Part shown: positions 41,160 to 53,051 of the stretch, in pieces | Position numbering within the stretch: position 1 is the stretch's first letter | How the letters are laid out: each line of letters starts with the position of its first letter | Assembly: GCA_051362555.1 (NCBI GenBank) | Contig: CM120644.1 | Coordinates: forward strand, 8,502,954-8,566,953 | Source of the DNA: Lingula anatina | Taxonomy: Eukaryota > Animalia > Brachiopoda | Direction of reading: 5' to 3' | DNA length: 64,000 bases | Translations under genes and position numbers: made by a program | Notes under the pieces: model-generated | What the model was told of the DNA's origin: nothing | The model's input: the letters and a program-made list of their open reading frames with translations, nothing else | Databases searched by the model: none

Positions 41160-42253
41160 CCCAGATTAAATAGCAGTAATTTTCTTCAATCAACACCTGA
41201 TGTTGGAATTGATAACCTCCGCTGTTTTGTTTGTCTGTCAGGCATGTCTAGGATATCTTCATCTTTTGTATCTTTACGCAGCTAAAAATCTTCTTTGAGC
41301 GACTTCTGTAGCATGATACAGAAAAACAATCTTGTTTCTTGTCATGAATTCACTATCAGATGTCGTCTGATTGAGTATGTCATTTATTCTGGACATTTTT
41401 TTTTCTGGGAACAACACACCGGGCAGAGGTGTGCAGAAAATTATGCAAAGAAACATCTGCGAAAATCTAATGAAAAGACTATCTGTGGCTCTGGTAGCGA
41501 ATACGTGTAACTTAATTCAAAAGCATTTTAATTGATTATCTCTGTTGTTTCAGCTTGTATTTGAAGAGAAAGGCCTTCAGAAACGATGTCAGTTAGGTTC
41601 TCAAAGCATCCAGTAATAAGTGGTTCCTTACAACTAAGAAGCTCATTTTCTACTCATCTATACCGAAATCCTCGGGAAAACCCGCTAACGTTATTCCGTT
41701 CATCATATTTAGTCTAATTGATATTCACGTACCCGTATAGTATTGTTTTGGTCAAAAGAGTGCACGCCTTTCTTTATTCCAAGTGTAACGCTGAATTCCC
41801 GCATAAACTTTTCTTTTCCGTTAAGTCTAAACTGGCATCATATGGATAGAAAATGAGATTCCCTTTGTTAATAAACTCGACATGCCTGTGCCTATCAAAT
41901 CATGTACGTATTTGTGTGAAAAAGGTCCATTACACGACAGCATGTATCACAAAACGTGGGAGGTCATTCCCAGCAAGTCTGGCAGCATGTTCGAGTCGAT
42001 TTCAACAGAGACATAAAGGCACAGTTGGTCCCTTTTCAATTGCTTCATCTGGCTCATTCAAAATGAAGGGAACAATGGACAGTTCATATTTCAAGTTATT
42101 TGATTTCTCACGACAATTAGCCTCTTGAATAAGAATGTCTCTGTATTAAATGACTTCTCGACCCTTAGCCAACAAATTAAGAAGTTTTTTTTATAGTCAT
42201 CAGGTGCGTCTGTCGTCTCTGTCGACTTCTTCATAATTGCTTACAGGGACCAT
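41160..42253 (-). pseudogene. Possible decayed coding sequence of unknown family
   Basis: Minus strand gives protein-like runs broken by stops, e.g. KLLNLLAKGREVI*YRDILIQEANCREKSNNLKYELSIVPFILNEPDEAIEKGP and ELLSCKEPLITGCFENLTDIVSEGLSLQIQAE. No motif recognised. Confidence 0.3.
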
Positions 42254-42673
42254 TTTTCTAAAGCTTTTTTTTTTTTTGCAAATCTGCATTTAGAGGAAAA
42301 ACTATTTGATTTAAAGTCTGCAAACTAACAGGACTGATGTATATAACGAAAATAGGCCTGACATATCTTCAGTTAAGTGAATGGCGAATGGTGACAAAAC
42401 AGTCATACTAGAATATTCAGATTTCTGCAAGAGGTGTGATAAAATGTCAATTCTGCCAATATACATGTACTGTGTAGTGTTTGAAGCTCAGTATTTGCAT
42501 ATAAAAAATAACTTTTAGTTAAAGGTTTTTCAAAACGTCAACCTTCTTCTTGTCACCAACCATAGCAATCATGCTGCTTTACGTTTTTTAAGCTAATCCT
42601 GCTGACATCTATTGTCGTCTATATGAATGAGTCAGAAGTAGATTACATAATTGTCGATTAAACCCAATAAATA

Positions 42674-43180
42674 TGTTATAGTGACAATAATGAAGGTCTG
42701 AAACTTTCGAACGTTTATTCACCGACTCTCTTGTACATGCAAATTCACAAGTATTTACACTCTATTTCTCCATACTGATCATGAATTCACTTGTTTTATT
42801 TCTATAGTCCTTGCGTGATTACAAGGAATTCTTCATTCTCACCATGCAACATTTCCTCATTACGTAATTTATTAGAGACTTGTTTTCAATTAAAATATTG
42901 TTTGAATTACTCATGCTTGATCCATATCCATCCTTAGTTTGCATGTGTTAAACGCGTGTCAGGAACTTGCAAATCTATTGAGAAATTAACAAATTAAATC
43001 GAACTATATGCAACTTTGACAAGTTCCATCTTTTTCTACCACGAAATCAATTTCTACACTTGTTGACCTTAAAGAAATTTAACTAACGCTCAATTACTCC
43101 CTATTCTTTTACTCATCTGATGCCATTTTAATAATCATCTGTATTTGGTGAAAGCGTAAGCCATTTACATGTACTTTACA
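42674..43180 (-). mobile_element. Solo LTR related to the LTR at 61447-61912
   Basis: Minus-strand termini TGTAAAG...TATAACA. 42970-43067 aligns without gaps to 61717-61814 at 71/98 identities (hand count). A degenerate TATA (42752) and AATAAA (42714) have the same 38-nt spacing as in the other copy. Flanked by ATAAATA on both sides. Confidence 0.8.
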
Positions 43181-43449
43181 ATAAATATATAACATGTAGT
43201 CCGTAGAATGTTTTGTGCGGAATTTTATTGACCAGTATATGCTAGCATTTTACTATGTTAAATAGCTTCTAACTTCTTAAATAGCATTACAAAACTTGCG
43301 AAGTGCAGTTTTACCTGTATGTTGCTGACTTTTATCGCACATGTCCATAAAAACGGAGATGAAATATCAGGCGGAACACCTGGTAGGAGTTTAATTCCAA
43401 ACTGGGCATCCACAGTCTTAACTGGAAAGTTATTTCTGTGCTTTTTTTT

Positions 43450-44490
43450 TCATTTTTGAAACCCAAGCAAACGCTTTAATCTTTGTCGGAATAATGAACC
43501 GCATAGTCCGTAAACGAAAAAATTAACTGACGAGTTCAGACTTGCTAGAAGAAACCCAGTGGGTGTTGTCCAGCTTTCAATGACTGCAATGATCTCAAAC
43601 TGTCCGGCCATATGATCCATGACAGCCAAAACAAGGAATATAAGAGTAACAGGTAACACAGCTAATATATAAAATGTCATCAGTAACATTACCGTTTTTA
43701 TTATCTGCCTGAAATTATCATTTTTTGAATTGTTCATTGTCAGTCGAATTTCAGCTTGCCTCCTCAAGGACTGAATAAGCTTCACGTATAGAAAAAGCAT
43801 GAACCCATTTGGTAAAATGTTGAAAATGAGAGGAAACGCCTTGCGGTAAACAAGTTCATGGCTGTTGGTCCATTCCTTTAAACGAACATCCAGGCAGAAG
43901 TCACCCGAGCTGTATCCACAAGGAAGAAATCCAACAATTTCAGTGTCAAAAAACTTCGGAAATTGATACATTGTGATCATGGTTAATAACACGTACGTCC
44001 TCCATCTCCATTTTGACACCTTTCGAAACTCAATGCTTTTTACAGGTTTGTCAATTGCGAGATAACGATCGAATGCTACAAAAACTAGCAGAAAAACGGA
44101 AGAAAGTCTTGCAATTAGCATGATTGGCCAAATATAAACGGTGATCGGCTGCATTGCGACAAAGTACCAGTCAATCCACCCTGAATACACATGCAAAGCA
44201 GGTAAATGAACGATAAATATCGCCGTGATTAAATATATATTATCCGTGATTGCTATCCAGGATAGTAAATAATCAGCCGATACATTTGCTCTCTCCTTAA
44301 AGAATACAAGGAAAGACAGGGTGTTGCAAATCATTCCAATCAGACCAACGGCCAATGATGCGAATCCTAGAACAACGACGGTGTACAAGTTTAAGGCCGT
44401 TCGATGATTGGTGGTGCCATTGACTAGCGTACTGTTCAATGAAAATGCCGTGAAATTCAATTCATCTTTATCGTCAATGAAAGTTGCCAT
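43450..44490 (-). CDS. Intronless class A GPCR (FMRFamide/sex-peptide-receptor-like, possibly chemosensory), 346 aa
   Basis: Seven hydrophobic segments, N-terminal glycosylation sequons, GMICN (TM1), IAITDN (TM2), AFDRYLAI (TM3), YQFPKFF, NSSVNFFVY (TM7), FRQRL helix 8. Confidence 0.92.
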   Translation of the reverse strand: MATFIDDKDELNFTAFSLNSTLVNGTTNHRTALNLYTVVVLGFASLAVGLIGMICNTLSFLVFFKERANVSADYLLSWIAITDNIYLITAIFIVHLPALHVYSGWIDWYFVAMQPITVYIWPIMLIARLSSVFLLVFVAFDRYLAIDKPVKSIEFRKVSKWRWRTYVLLTMITMYQFPKFFDTEIVGFLPCGYSSGDFCLDVRLKEWTNSHELVYRKAFPLIFNILPNGFMLFLYVKLIQSLRRQAEIRLTMNNSKNDNFRQIIKTVMLLMTFYILAVLPVTLIFLVLAVMDHMAGQFEIIAVIESWTTPTGFLLASLNSSVNFFVYGLCGSLFRQRLKRLLGFQK

Positions 44491-44560
44491 TTTGTTTAAA
44501 TAGGAAATAAGACGTGAAGCAAACCTGTCTTAACAATAATTGTACTTATGAAGCTGAGCC

Positions 44561-44596
44561 TTTATATCATGCGATTTGCCCACCGTCTTAACCAAT
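44561..44596 (-). promoter_or_regulatory. Candidate TATA and CCAAT boxes of the GPCR gene
   Basis: TATAAA on the minus strand at 44561-44566, 70 nt upstream of the ATG, and CCAAT at 44592-44596. Confidence 0.45.
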
Positions 44597-44666
44597 CAGA
44601 GACCAGAATAGCAGATACTGTCACAGCTACTAGGATTCCGCCTTGCAATTGAACAAAGCACAGTAC

Positions 44667-45013
44667 TTAAAGGGAGAACAACTCTTCGTATGAAATCTAT
44701 ATTTTACAATAAATACATTGTAAACAACTCATAGAAATATAATGTATTCTATTTTACCACAAAAACGGCAGTTATAGCAATAGATCTGAAATCTGTGCTT
44801 TCCATCCGACCACATGACCTCAATAGATGGCTATACTCTGTAACACTCTCTTAAGAGATTATTACGTAAATACAAACTTTTCAGAAAAAAAAACAGGGTC
44901 TTACTTTGAATGTAGAAATGGATTCATTAACCATTGGTAAATATGGGAAAATTGCCGTTTACCCCAGGTAAATTCATTTTTTTGGCCAAAATGAACAGTT
45001 GTTATCCCCTTAA
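44667..45013. mobile_element. Kolobok-like MITE with TTAA target duplication
   Basis: TTAA-AGGGAGAACAACT ... AGTTGTTATCCCC-TTAA (TIR 11/13 match). Confidence 0.65.
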
Positions 45014-45295
45014 GTGAAAGAGACTTTCGGAGAAAATGAAAGGAAGAATCCCTGCCTACTACACTTGATAAATGACAGCTTTGTCAACTAGGTGACACAA
45101 AATTTACTCGGCCCTTTACGAAACTTGCAATTGATCTCGAAGAAAAGCATAAAACAGTTAAAATATTTTATTTTATTTTATCTGTATTGTTACTGGTCAA
45201 ACCTTGCTCAATCCTTACGTCAATGCATGGATGGAGCATGTCATTGGAAGTTTAAGCGCTCGATGGTGAGCCGTGCGTGCCTGCTATATCATAGC

Positions 45296-45379
<84 letters not shown>

Positions 45380-45468
45380 CTGTCGATTTGGCCGGCTTAA
45401 ATGTCTGTCACGCCTAGTAAAGCTGTTTGGGTATATATATATCTCATATATATATCATATATATATAT

Positions 45469-45498
<30 letters not shown>

Positions 45499-45499
<1 letters not shown>

Positions 45500-45701
45500 C
45501 ATATGTTTAAATGGGGAACTATAGAGTCAATGATCAAATACTAATAGTCCCTCGATATATATGTTTTGATTTATTGTCGTGAAATATATGAAATGCTTTT
45601 CGACAAGTGGACAAAACGTTGCATTGATACCGTTTAGCCTCTAAATGCACCAGATTGGCAATTTGCTTGTTAATATAAACCAATAAATAAATAAATAAAT
45701 A
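45499..45701 (+). repeat. ~200-bp direct repeat, copy 1, upstream of the C1q gene
   Basis: Identical by eye to 47821-48023 (offset 2322). The ORF track gives the same peptide at both places. Confidence 0.95.
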
Positions 45702-45995
45702 TATATATATATATAATGATTGGCCAAGGTTTGAGGGGATATTACAGATTACAGTAATTACAGTGATAAATTTAGGGACGTACGAGAACAAGAAATAAAT
45801 CAACTATTATATCATTACTGTATCATTAATTCAACATTTAGAAATAATTTCCTGATTGACAATAACAATTTTCAATTATAAGCGATTGCATAGAGAATTG
45901 AGAATCACCGGCACAACCCGGATTTTTCTAAAAAACACCGATCATAAAAGTCCTTGAGCTCTTAGACTGGGTTCCCATACATAGATCGATCCATC

Positions 45996-46190
45996 TGGAT
46001 CGATCTTACTCCCTGGGGAGTCTCACTAAATTGCTGTCAACTAACCGGCTTAAATGTCTGCCACGCCTACCGCATCAGCTAGGGGGTAAAGATAATTACC
46101 CCCTAACAGCTTTTCTCGGCGTGACAGACATTTAAGCCGGCCAAGTTGACAGCAATTTAGTGAGACTCCCCAGGGAGATAGATCGATCCA
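45996..46190. mobile_element. Foldback (long palindromic) MITE, PIF/Harbinger-like
   Basis: Arms of ~95 bp, e.g. ctccctggggagtctcactaaattgctgtcaact / agttgacagcaatttagtgagactccccagggag, centred near 46093. A partial arm copy lies at 45376-45430 and a possibly related end near 52760-52830. Confidence 0.8.
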
Positions 46191-46789
46191 AATATCTGTT
46201 GGAATGGTCCCTTAGTCGCTTCATTAAATGCTCCTGGCTCAGAGCTGTCACTGACAAGTCAGGTTGATCTGAGGCACTGTGAGGTTTGTACTCGAAGCTA
46301 CAAGTACAGGGTATGTATTATATAACAAAGGGTAGAAGTGTGTGCGTATTATGAGAACCCAATGGGGTCCATGTATGAGGAGGGGGTTGATTTTTATTTC
46401 GTTGAGAAATGAAGAATTGACCGTTTTAAACTGTGCATATGTAGTTTGTGGTGTGTTTGCATTAGGGTCAGAATATTTTTAGATCAAGTTTGTGAATATT
46501 GTATCACGTTAAAGTCAAGGGTCAGAAAAGACATGATCTTGCTAAACTTATTCTCTTCTTTTTGGATACAAAATGGAAAACTAGATGATTACATTCGTTC
46601 GATTTTACATCAATCTTATTCATTCTGCAAATGTCTCACGGTTTTGAATTGAAATAAGGACAATTTGGGGATTTATGATTATAAGATAGCATTGAAATGA
46701 GCACATGCTTGGTTTTGAAGAAAACAAAAATTAAAATGTAAATAAACTCAATCACCTGAGGTAATTCTTCTATTGCAGACAACTATAAA

Positions 46790-47603
46790 ATGAGCTCAAG
46801 CGCCGTGTTAGTTGTACTGCTGGTGGCAATGCTGGAAGTGTGTGCGTGCTCTGGTATGTACTACAAGGTTTTGTCACTTTAAATTGTGTAAATCATTAAA
46901 ACTCTGTTTTAAATAATTACAATTTTAGTTTAGTAACAATTTTTATGCAAAGCGGACAAACTGTAATGGTGACAGAAGAGCAGATGAAACTGCAGCACTG
47001 AAGCATTGGTAACGAAGGCCCTATCGGCTATAATAGATTGTAAACTAACATGTAGGCCTACAGCAGTTTTTGTTTATGTACTAAAATTCTGAAATAATAT
47101 TATGCAGGTTTAGTTGATTCCAATCTCCATTTCCTCTAATACTAGATTTACAGAGATGCACTGCAGCCTACAAACTAGTAGCGTTCTCGGCAGGGAGATC
47201 AAACGATCTTGACCAGACGGGGAAAGGGAACGCTGTGGTTGTCTACGACACCGTCTTTCTGAACGATGGCAACGGTTATAATAAAGACACGGGGAAATTC
47301 AATTCACCGACCTCAGGGGTCTACGTCTTCCATTACCATAGTCTCAGCCAAAACAACAAGCCCGTATTTGTCAGATTGAACCACAATGGCCAAATAAAGA
47401 ATACTGGGTACGGTAAACCTTCTACGGGGTTTGCGACAGGCAGTAATACTATTGCTTTGCGGCTGGCAGAGGGAGACGAGGTGTGGATTGATTTAGTTGG
47501 CGGCAACGCCCTTCACAACCATCCTGGGGAGTTCCACAGCACGTTCACCGGTTACCAGCTCTATCCAGACAACAGCAGCATTAACACCGTGGCTTTCCAT
47601 TGA
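46790..47603 (+). CDS. Secreted globular-head C1q-domain protein (no collagen), 173 aa
   Basis: Exon 46790-46853 (signal peptide MSSSAVLVVLLVAMLEVCACS) joined to exon 47146-47603. gC1q motifs VAFSA, YDTVFLNDGNGYNKDTGKFNSPTSGVYVF, GSNTIALRLAEGDEVWI, STFTGYQL. Likely 5' UTR intron 46311-46778. Confidence 0.92.
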
Positions 47604-47820
47604 CGACCTAACATTTTGATGGAAGAGTCGGAGGTATTCCTCTTCGATATTGTTAACATCAAATATATGATACACGCTGTTTTGCTAACATACATGGTTT
47701 TAACAATTGAACAATCTTTGTAATTTTGGTAGTAATGAGCTACATGTAGATTTACTTCCTTGATACTCCGGAAAATAAATTCAGACACTTTAATTTAGAT
47801 ACATTTCGTTGCAGTTGTTG

Positions 47821-48005
47821 TCATATGTTTAAATGGGGAACTATAGAGTCAATGATCAAATACTAATAGTCCCTCGATATATATGTTTTGATTTATTGTC
47901 GTGAAATATATGAAATGCTTTTCGACAAGTGGACAAAACGTTGCATTGATACCGTTTAGCCTCTAAATGCACCAGATTGGCAATTTGCTTGTTAATATAA
48001 ACCAA

Positions 48006-48023
<18 letters not shown>
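47821..48023 (+). repeat. ~200-bp direct repeat, copy 2, downstream of the C1q gene
   Basis: Identical by eye to 45499-45701. Confidence 0.95.
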
Positions 48024-48040
<17 letters not shown>

Positions 48041-48612
48041 ATGTTCTTGTCAAATATACTGAAAGGCGGCGCTACAGAAATAATTCAAAGAAGCAATATT
48101 AATTATCTGAATAATATTTTTTTAGGTTGGTTTATTGCTTCGATATACTTCCAACAAACGTAGTATCATAACATGGCGTTTCCGAAAAAAAAACATCAGA
48201 CGAGAACGGTTATGTGCAGAATCATAAAGGGTCCTGTAACAGTGACACAACACACACACATACACACACACACACAGGAACACCCGGCACACCGCTGCTG
48301 GAAACTAAAATTGATAATTGATAATTTTGATATCAACCTGACTGTGATGTACTGTATATAGATAACTTTATCAAACAATACATCACTAAGTTATTAGCTT
48401 GCGCCATGGCCTTGGTATATCATTATAGGGTTGGGGCGTTCTGGCTATGTCCTCATTATTGACAAAATAAACTGATTGTAGACAAATTTGAAGCAGTATA
48501 GATAACCTATAAAATGATATATAAAGCGTACGCAACGGTTTTGGCAGCACTACAGCGGGGCAGCCGGCATGTAGGCGCGGGGCACTGTGCCCACTCTGGG
48601 CGCTAATCTACT

Positions 48613-50811
48613 ATGGTAATGGCTTCGAAAGAGATGTACAACGTCTTCAGTGAGAACTTTTTAACATGTCATGTGTGTTTTGAAGAATATAAAGACCCGA
48701 GAGTGCTTCCCTGTTACCACACGTTCTGCCTGGAATGCATTGCTGACCATGCAGCCAAGAATGGTGTCCAGAACAAGTTCTCCTGTCCCTTGTGTCGCCA
48801 AGAGGCCCCCGTACCTCCAGGTGGGTTAGCAACTCTCGTGAAAAACTTCTTCCTTACAAAAGTAACAGACTTCATGAAAGATCTGAAAACCCCAGAGGGG
48901 AGACTTTGTGAGTATTGTAAGCATAAAGAGGCCATTTTGCTGTGCCAAGGTTGTCCCAAAACTAACCAATTGTGCGCTACATGCCGTGAATTGCATGACA
49001 GCATTCCGGCATTAAATGGACATCACTTTGTACCTTTATCACAATTCGATTTCTCAGTTAACCCATCTAACATCCGTGAACAATTACGTCACGTATTAGA
49101 TAAAGCTCAATACTGCGACAAACACGACGGCGAGTTGCTAACATTATATTGTGAAGAGGATGACACCGTGGCATGCAGAGATTGTATTTTAGAAACTCAC
49201 AGTAAACATGACTTTAAAAAAATTGGAGATGTGGTGAAGGGTCAACGGGAGTTAATACAAGAAAAACTGAGATGTCTCCCAAGTGCAAAGCCGTCTCATT
49301 ATGAAATTGCAGAGAAAGCCATTGTACGAACGGAAGAGAGGCTGACAGAAAATCAGTCAAACGTACTTAGTTTGGTGGATTCTCAAAAATTAGCTATGAC
49401 GAAGGAGATAATGGAAAACAGTGAAACCATTGAAAGAGAACTAAGCACTTATTACCAACAAGTAGAGAAAGACGTACGTCGACAGATCGACGAGTATTTA
49501 ACAAGTATGAAACACCATTTGGAAACGTACCAAACAAAAGTACTGTCAGATTATATCGAAATGCAGAAAGTTATAGATGACAAAAGCAACGAAATAACGG
49601 CCGAAGTTATGGCACTCACCTCCACGCAGTTGAAGACTTTAGAAGCTGAAAAGGACAAGCAAGAAATTGACAAGATTTCCATCCAGAGCATTCGTGAATT
49701 CGCCCAGCAGCTCACAACCAACGGATCTGCCATCGAGGTCATGACCCACTCTAAAAAACTCCAAGCTAGAATCCAGGAGTTGCAGACAGTAGAACCAGTC
49801 TTTGATACCAAGATCACCGACGTAACATTAACACCAGGTCTAACAGAAATGGACCGTGTGCTACAGTTTCCTAAAATCCCTGAACCAAAACCGCTGTCCA
49901 TCAAAACAGGGTCCATCACGGCCAAAACATACCGCGGTCCCTTGGATGCATGTTTTGGAAGTTTGAAACAAGAGGTAGCGCACTGTCCCGAGCTGATGTG
50001 TTTTCAGAAGGCAACATGGTTTGGCACTCCAGAGCGGAAATTTTGTTTTAATATTAAGGGCTGGCCACTGTGGGACATCCAGTGTACAGATGACGGGTGT
50101 ATTTTAGTTGGACATAGTGATGCAGTGTCAGTTTTCTCCAGTGCAGGTAAATGTAAGCGTAAAATCAGTATAGAGGGAGGCGGAAGGCGTATCGCTATAA
50201 TCAGTAACGATACATTCGTGGTCATATGCCGTGATGAATGCTGTAGACTGTATTCAACATCAGGCCATGTTACCCGGTGTTTTGGTCAGGGTGATATGTC
50301 TTACCCCTGGGGAGTCACTGTGGACCGTACAGAGGGTAAGGTGTACGTGTGTGATTGTGGTGCACAGTGCATCTGTGTGTACGACATGACATCTTTTCAT
50401 CTTGTTAACAGAATTGCTATCCCAATGTGCAGTAAAGACACACTGCGCTGTGCATACCACCACGGCATCAATGCAATCATAGTCAGCGACCGCTTGGCCC
50501 ACTGTGTGTATGCAGTGACACCCCAGGGTGACGTCATGTTTCAATACGGAGCACGAGGTCAGAGTGGAAGTGGAGACGGACAACTGAGTTATCCACGAGG
50601 AGTGTGCGTAGATAAATTTGGACAAATGTTTATAGCTGACCGTGATAATGACAGGGTGGTTGTCCTTGGTCTAGACGGAAAATTTTTACGTAACATTTTG
50701 ACAAAAAGCGACAACACTGAGCTGCCTTTGTCCGTCTCTATCGCCAGTAACGGGGAGCTTGTTGTTGGATCCGCCAGAGGAAAAGTATCCACGTATAAGT
50801 ACATCGCTTAG
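48613..50811 (+). CDS. Intronless TRIM-NHL E3 ligase-like protein (TRIM2/3/56/71-like), 732 aa
   Basis: RING CHVC..LPCYHTFCLEC..CPLC, B-box1 CEYC..CQGC..CATC..H..H, B-box2 CDKH..YCEED..CRDC..H, long coiled coil, NHL repeats (PWGVTVD, GSGDGQLSYPRGVCVD..IADRDNDRV). Confidence 0.93.
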   Translation: MVMASKEMYNVFSENFLTCHVCFEEYKDPRVLPCYHTFCLECIADHAAKNGVQNKFSCPLCRQEAPVPPGGLATLVKNFFLTKVTDFMKDLKTPEGRLCEYCKHKEAILLCQGCPKTNQLCATCRELHDSIPALNGHHFVPLSQFDFSVNPSNIREQLRHVLDKAQYCDKHDGELLTLYCEEDDTVACRDCILETHSKHDFKKIGDVVKGQRELIQEKLRCLPSAKPSHYEIAEKAIVRTEERLTENQSNVLSLVDSQKLAMTKEIMENSETIERELSTYYQQVEKDVRRQIDEYLTSMKHHLETYQTKVLSDYIEMQKVIDDKSNEITAEVMALTSTQLKTLEAEKDKQEIDKISIQSIREFAQQLTTNGSAIEVMTHSKKLQARIQELQTVEPVFDTKITDVTLTPGLTEMDRVLQFPKIPEPKPLSIKTGSITAKTYRGPLDACFGSLKQEVAHCPELMCFQKATWFGTPERKFCFNIKGWPLWDIQCTDDGCILVGHSDAVSVFSSAGKCKRKISIEGGGRRIAIISNDTFVVICRDECCRLYSTSGHVTRCFGQGDMSYPWGVTVDRTEGKVYVCDCGAQCICVYDMTSFHLVNRIAIPMCSKDTLRCAYHHGINAIIVSDRLAHCVYAVTPQGDVMFQYGARGQSGSGDGQLSYPRGVCVDKFGQMFIADRDNDRVVVLGLDGKFLRNILTKSDNTELPLSVSIASNGELVVGSARGKVSTYKYIA

Positions 50812-51243
50812 CAATGATATATATATATGTATATATCGCTAACAGATGGCCTTGTCGCCAGGCGTCATTTTAAGTATCTGGAAGTACTGTACAATGCTTA
50901 CAATGTAAAACTCCTAATTGCTGCATATAAAGTCACCAAAATTGCTGCAGATATTTAAAATGGCACAAAGAACAATAGGATACCAGGTATTCTGTTAAGA
51001 TCTTTAAACCGATGTAAGACAAGATGTCTTATTTTCGGAGGTACAGTGACAATTGGTGTAATTTAAGGTAATTAGTGAAAGAAAAATCTCAGAAAAATCG
51101 ATGGCATCCTTTTTAACTACAGTTCTTATTAGCCATTGATTTTTTTCTGATACTAGTTCATGTAATCGAGAAAACCAAGAAATCTAAAATAGCACTCATC
51201 ATCAACCTGCTGATATGACATTATCAGCAAAATGTGAGTGCTT

Positions 51244-52439
51244 CAGGGCCGTAGCCTCCAGGGGGAGGGGGGAGGAGGGGGGGCAGCTGCCCCCCCCTGG
51301 GATTTGAGGTGCAAAAAAAAAATAATAATAATCGCAAAGGTAAAAAAAATAATTGCAAAGTTGGTATCAATTCTGTGAGAAAATGCATTCATGGCCAGTG
51401 CACTAGACAATGATTCAACAATCTGTTTACAAAGGTGTACTGTTTTTAGCCAACTCAGTTCATGCCAAAAAGCTCACCCTCCCTTAGGGAGTTATCCCCC
51501 AGGCTGTTATCAAGTTATTGTTTACCCTGACTGTTTGCCCAACAAAGCTGGGAGGGCTTTTTGAGCCTGCAGAGAACAGGTTGTAAGGCCCTTATCAGTA
51601 TGTGGGATCAGTTTACATGGTGTTTAGCCTGGACATGATGTAAACTGACCCCACAGCCTGAGTCGGCCTGTGCACAATAACAACAATGTGTATGTGTTCA
51701 CAGCAATGCAACTATTAGATAACTTCAGAAAAGCACAGACTAGACTGAATGGAATCCAGGATTATTTCTTGATCTTTTAGAGTACAGATTATCTTTATTT
51801 TGTTGATGATGACGGCTCCATCGAGAAAAAGATCGAGTTCCCAACAGTCAATGTTACACTTTGTCACCAAAAAAGTTAGGTGAGACATTATTTATATACA
51901 TGTGCCAGTACTCCAGAGATCTATAAATTTTGTAAACTAATGAACTACATTGTAATCTTGAAAAATTTATTTGAACTGTAAAATTTATCTGCTCTTTTTG
52001 AGCGTATGAATTATTTGGAATAATTTTACATGTAGGTAGATACAGAGATGGGTCCAGGGGATCCTTATCCCCCCTTTTTTGTCCGAAATTACCTTTTTGT
52101 ACTGTTTTTGAAAATTTGCCAATTTTGGGGTTAGACGCCTCCTTAATGTGCGGATCGACCTTTCCGGGTGTCATTCAAGCGCTATAGAACTCTCAAAAGA
52201 ATGAGAAAATGACTGTACTTATGGCAAAATGAACCCACAATTTCTGACTTCTGATTGATCAATAAATAACAGTTAAAATGCACCAGAATGCAGTATTATA
52301 CATACAGTTTTAAAAAATTTTCCACACTGTGGGAGGGGGACACCCCCTACCAAACCTTCCCCCCTCGGGGGCTTCGCCCCTCGTGTCCGCTTACTGCCCC
52401 CCCCCCCCCCCCTGGCATTTTGCTCAGGCTACGGCCCTG
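51244..52439. mobile_element. Non-autonomous hAT-like DNA transposon (~1.2 kb)
   Basis: Perfect 14-bp TIR CAGGGCCGTAGCCT / AGGCTACGGCCCTG with G/C-run subtermini. The target duplication is only partial (gtgctt / ctgctt). Confidence 0.75.
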
Positions 52440-53011
52440 CTGCTTTATCTGAAGAAAAATGAAAAATGACCCGATTTTTAAATATAATATTGTGCAAGGT
52501 CCATCTTCTGCATTGCATACCTTGGTGTTAGTTCAAGCATGGAGGTGTACATGTGCTTTCATGGTTCAAGACTTCTGTGTGCGATATTTTGTCTAGTTAT
52601 ATAATTGGTATAGAATACGATGGTATTTGCTGTGTGATAAAACTACATACTGACCTCCCTCCTTGATATCTCTTTACTGAGGTCAGCAAAACAACAGATA
52701 TTGGCCTCGGCTTAAGTCGATAATTGTATTATATTCCGTCGTATCTACTCCAGGCGGAATTTAAGGGTTCGTTCCCAAATGAAACTATCGGTCTACGTAG
52801 ATCGATGCAACTCCGCCGGGACTCTCGCTGAATGCAATCTGTTTAAGAGATTAACCCGCTTCTTCTCGTTTCCAACATACTCACATTGTCATCAGATTTT
52901 CTGTATTCTACCCATAGCCGCTCTGATCCTTAAGTTTTAGCACGAAAATATTCAGATGGTGATTACAATAATCAGCAATAAAAACGCTTTGATGTCTTTT
53001 TAGTTTTGTCG

Positions 53012-53051
<40 letters not shown>

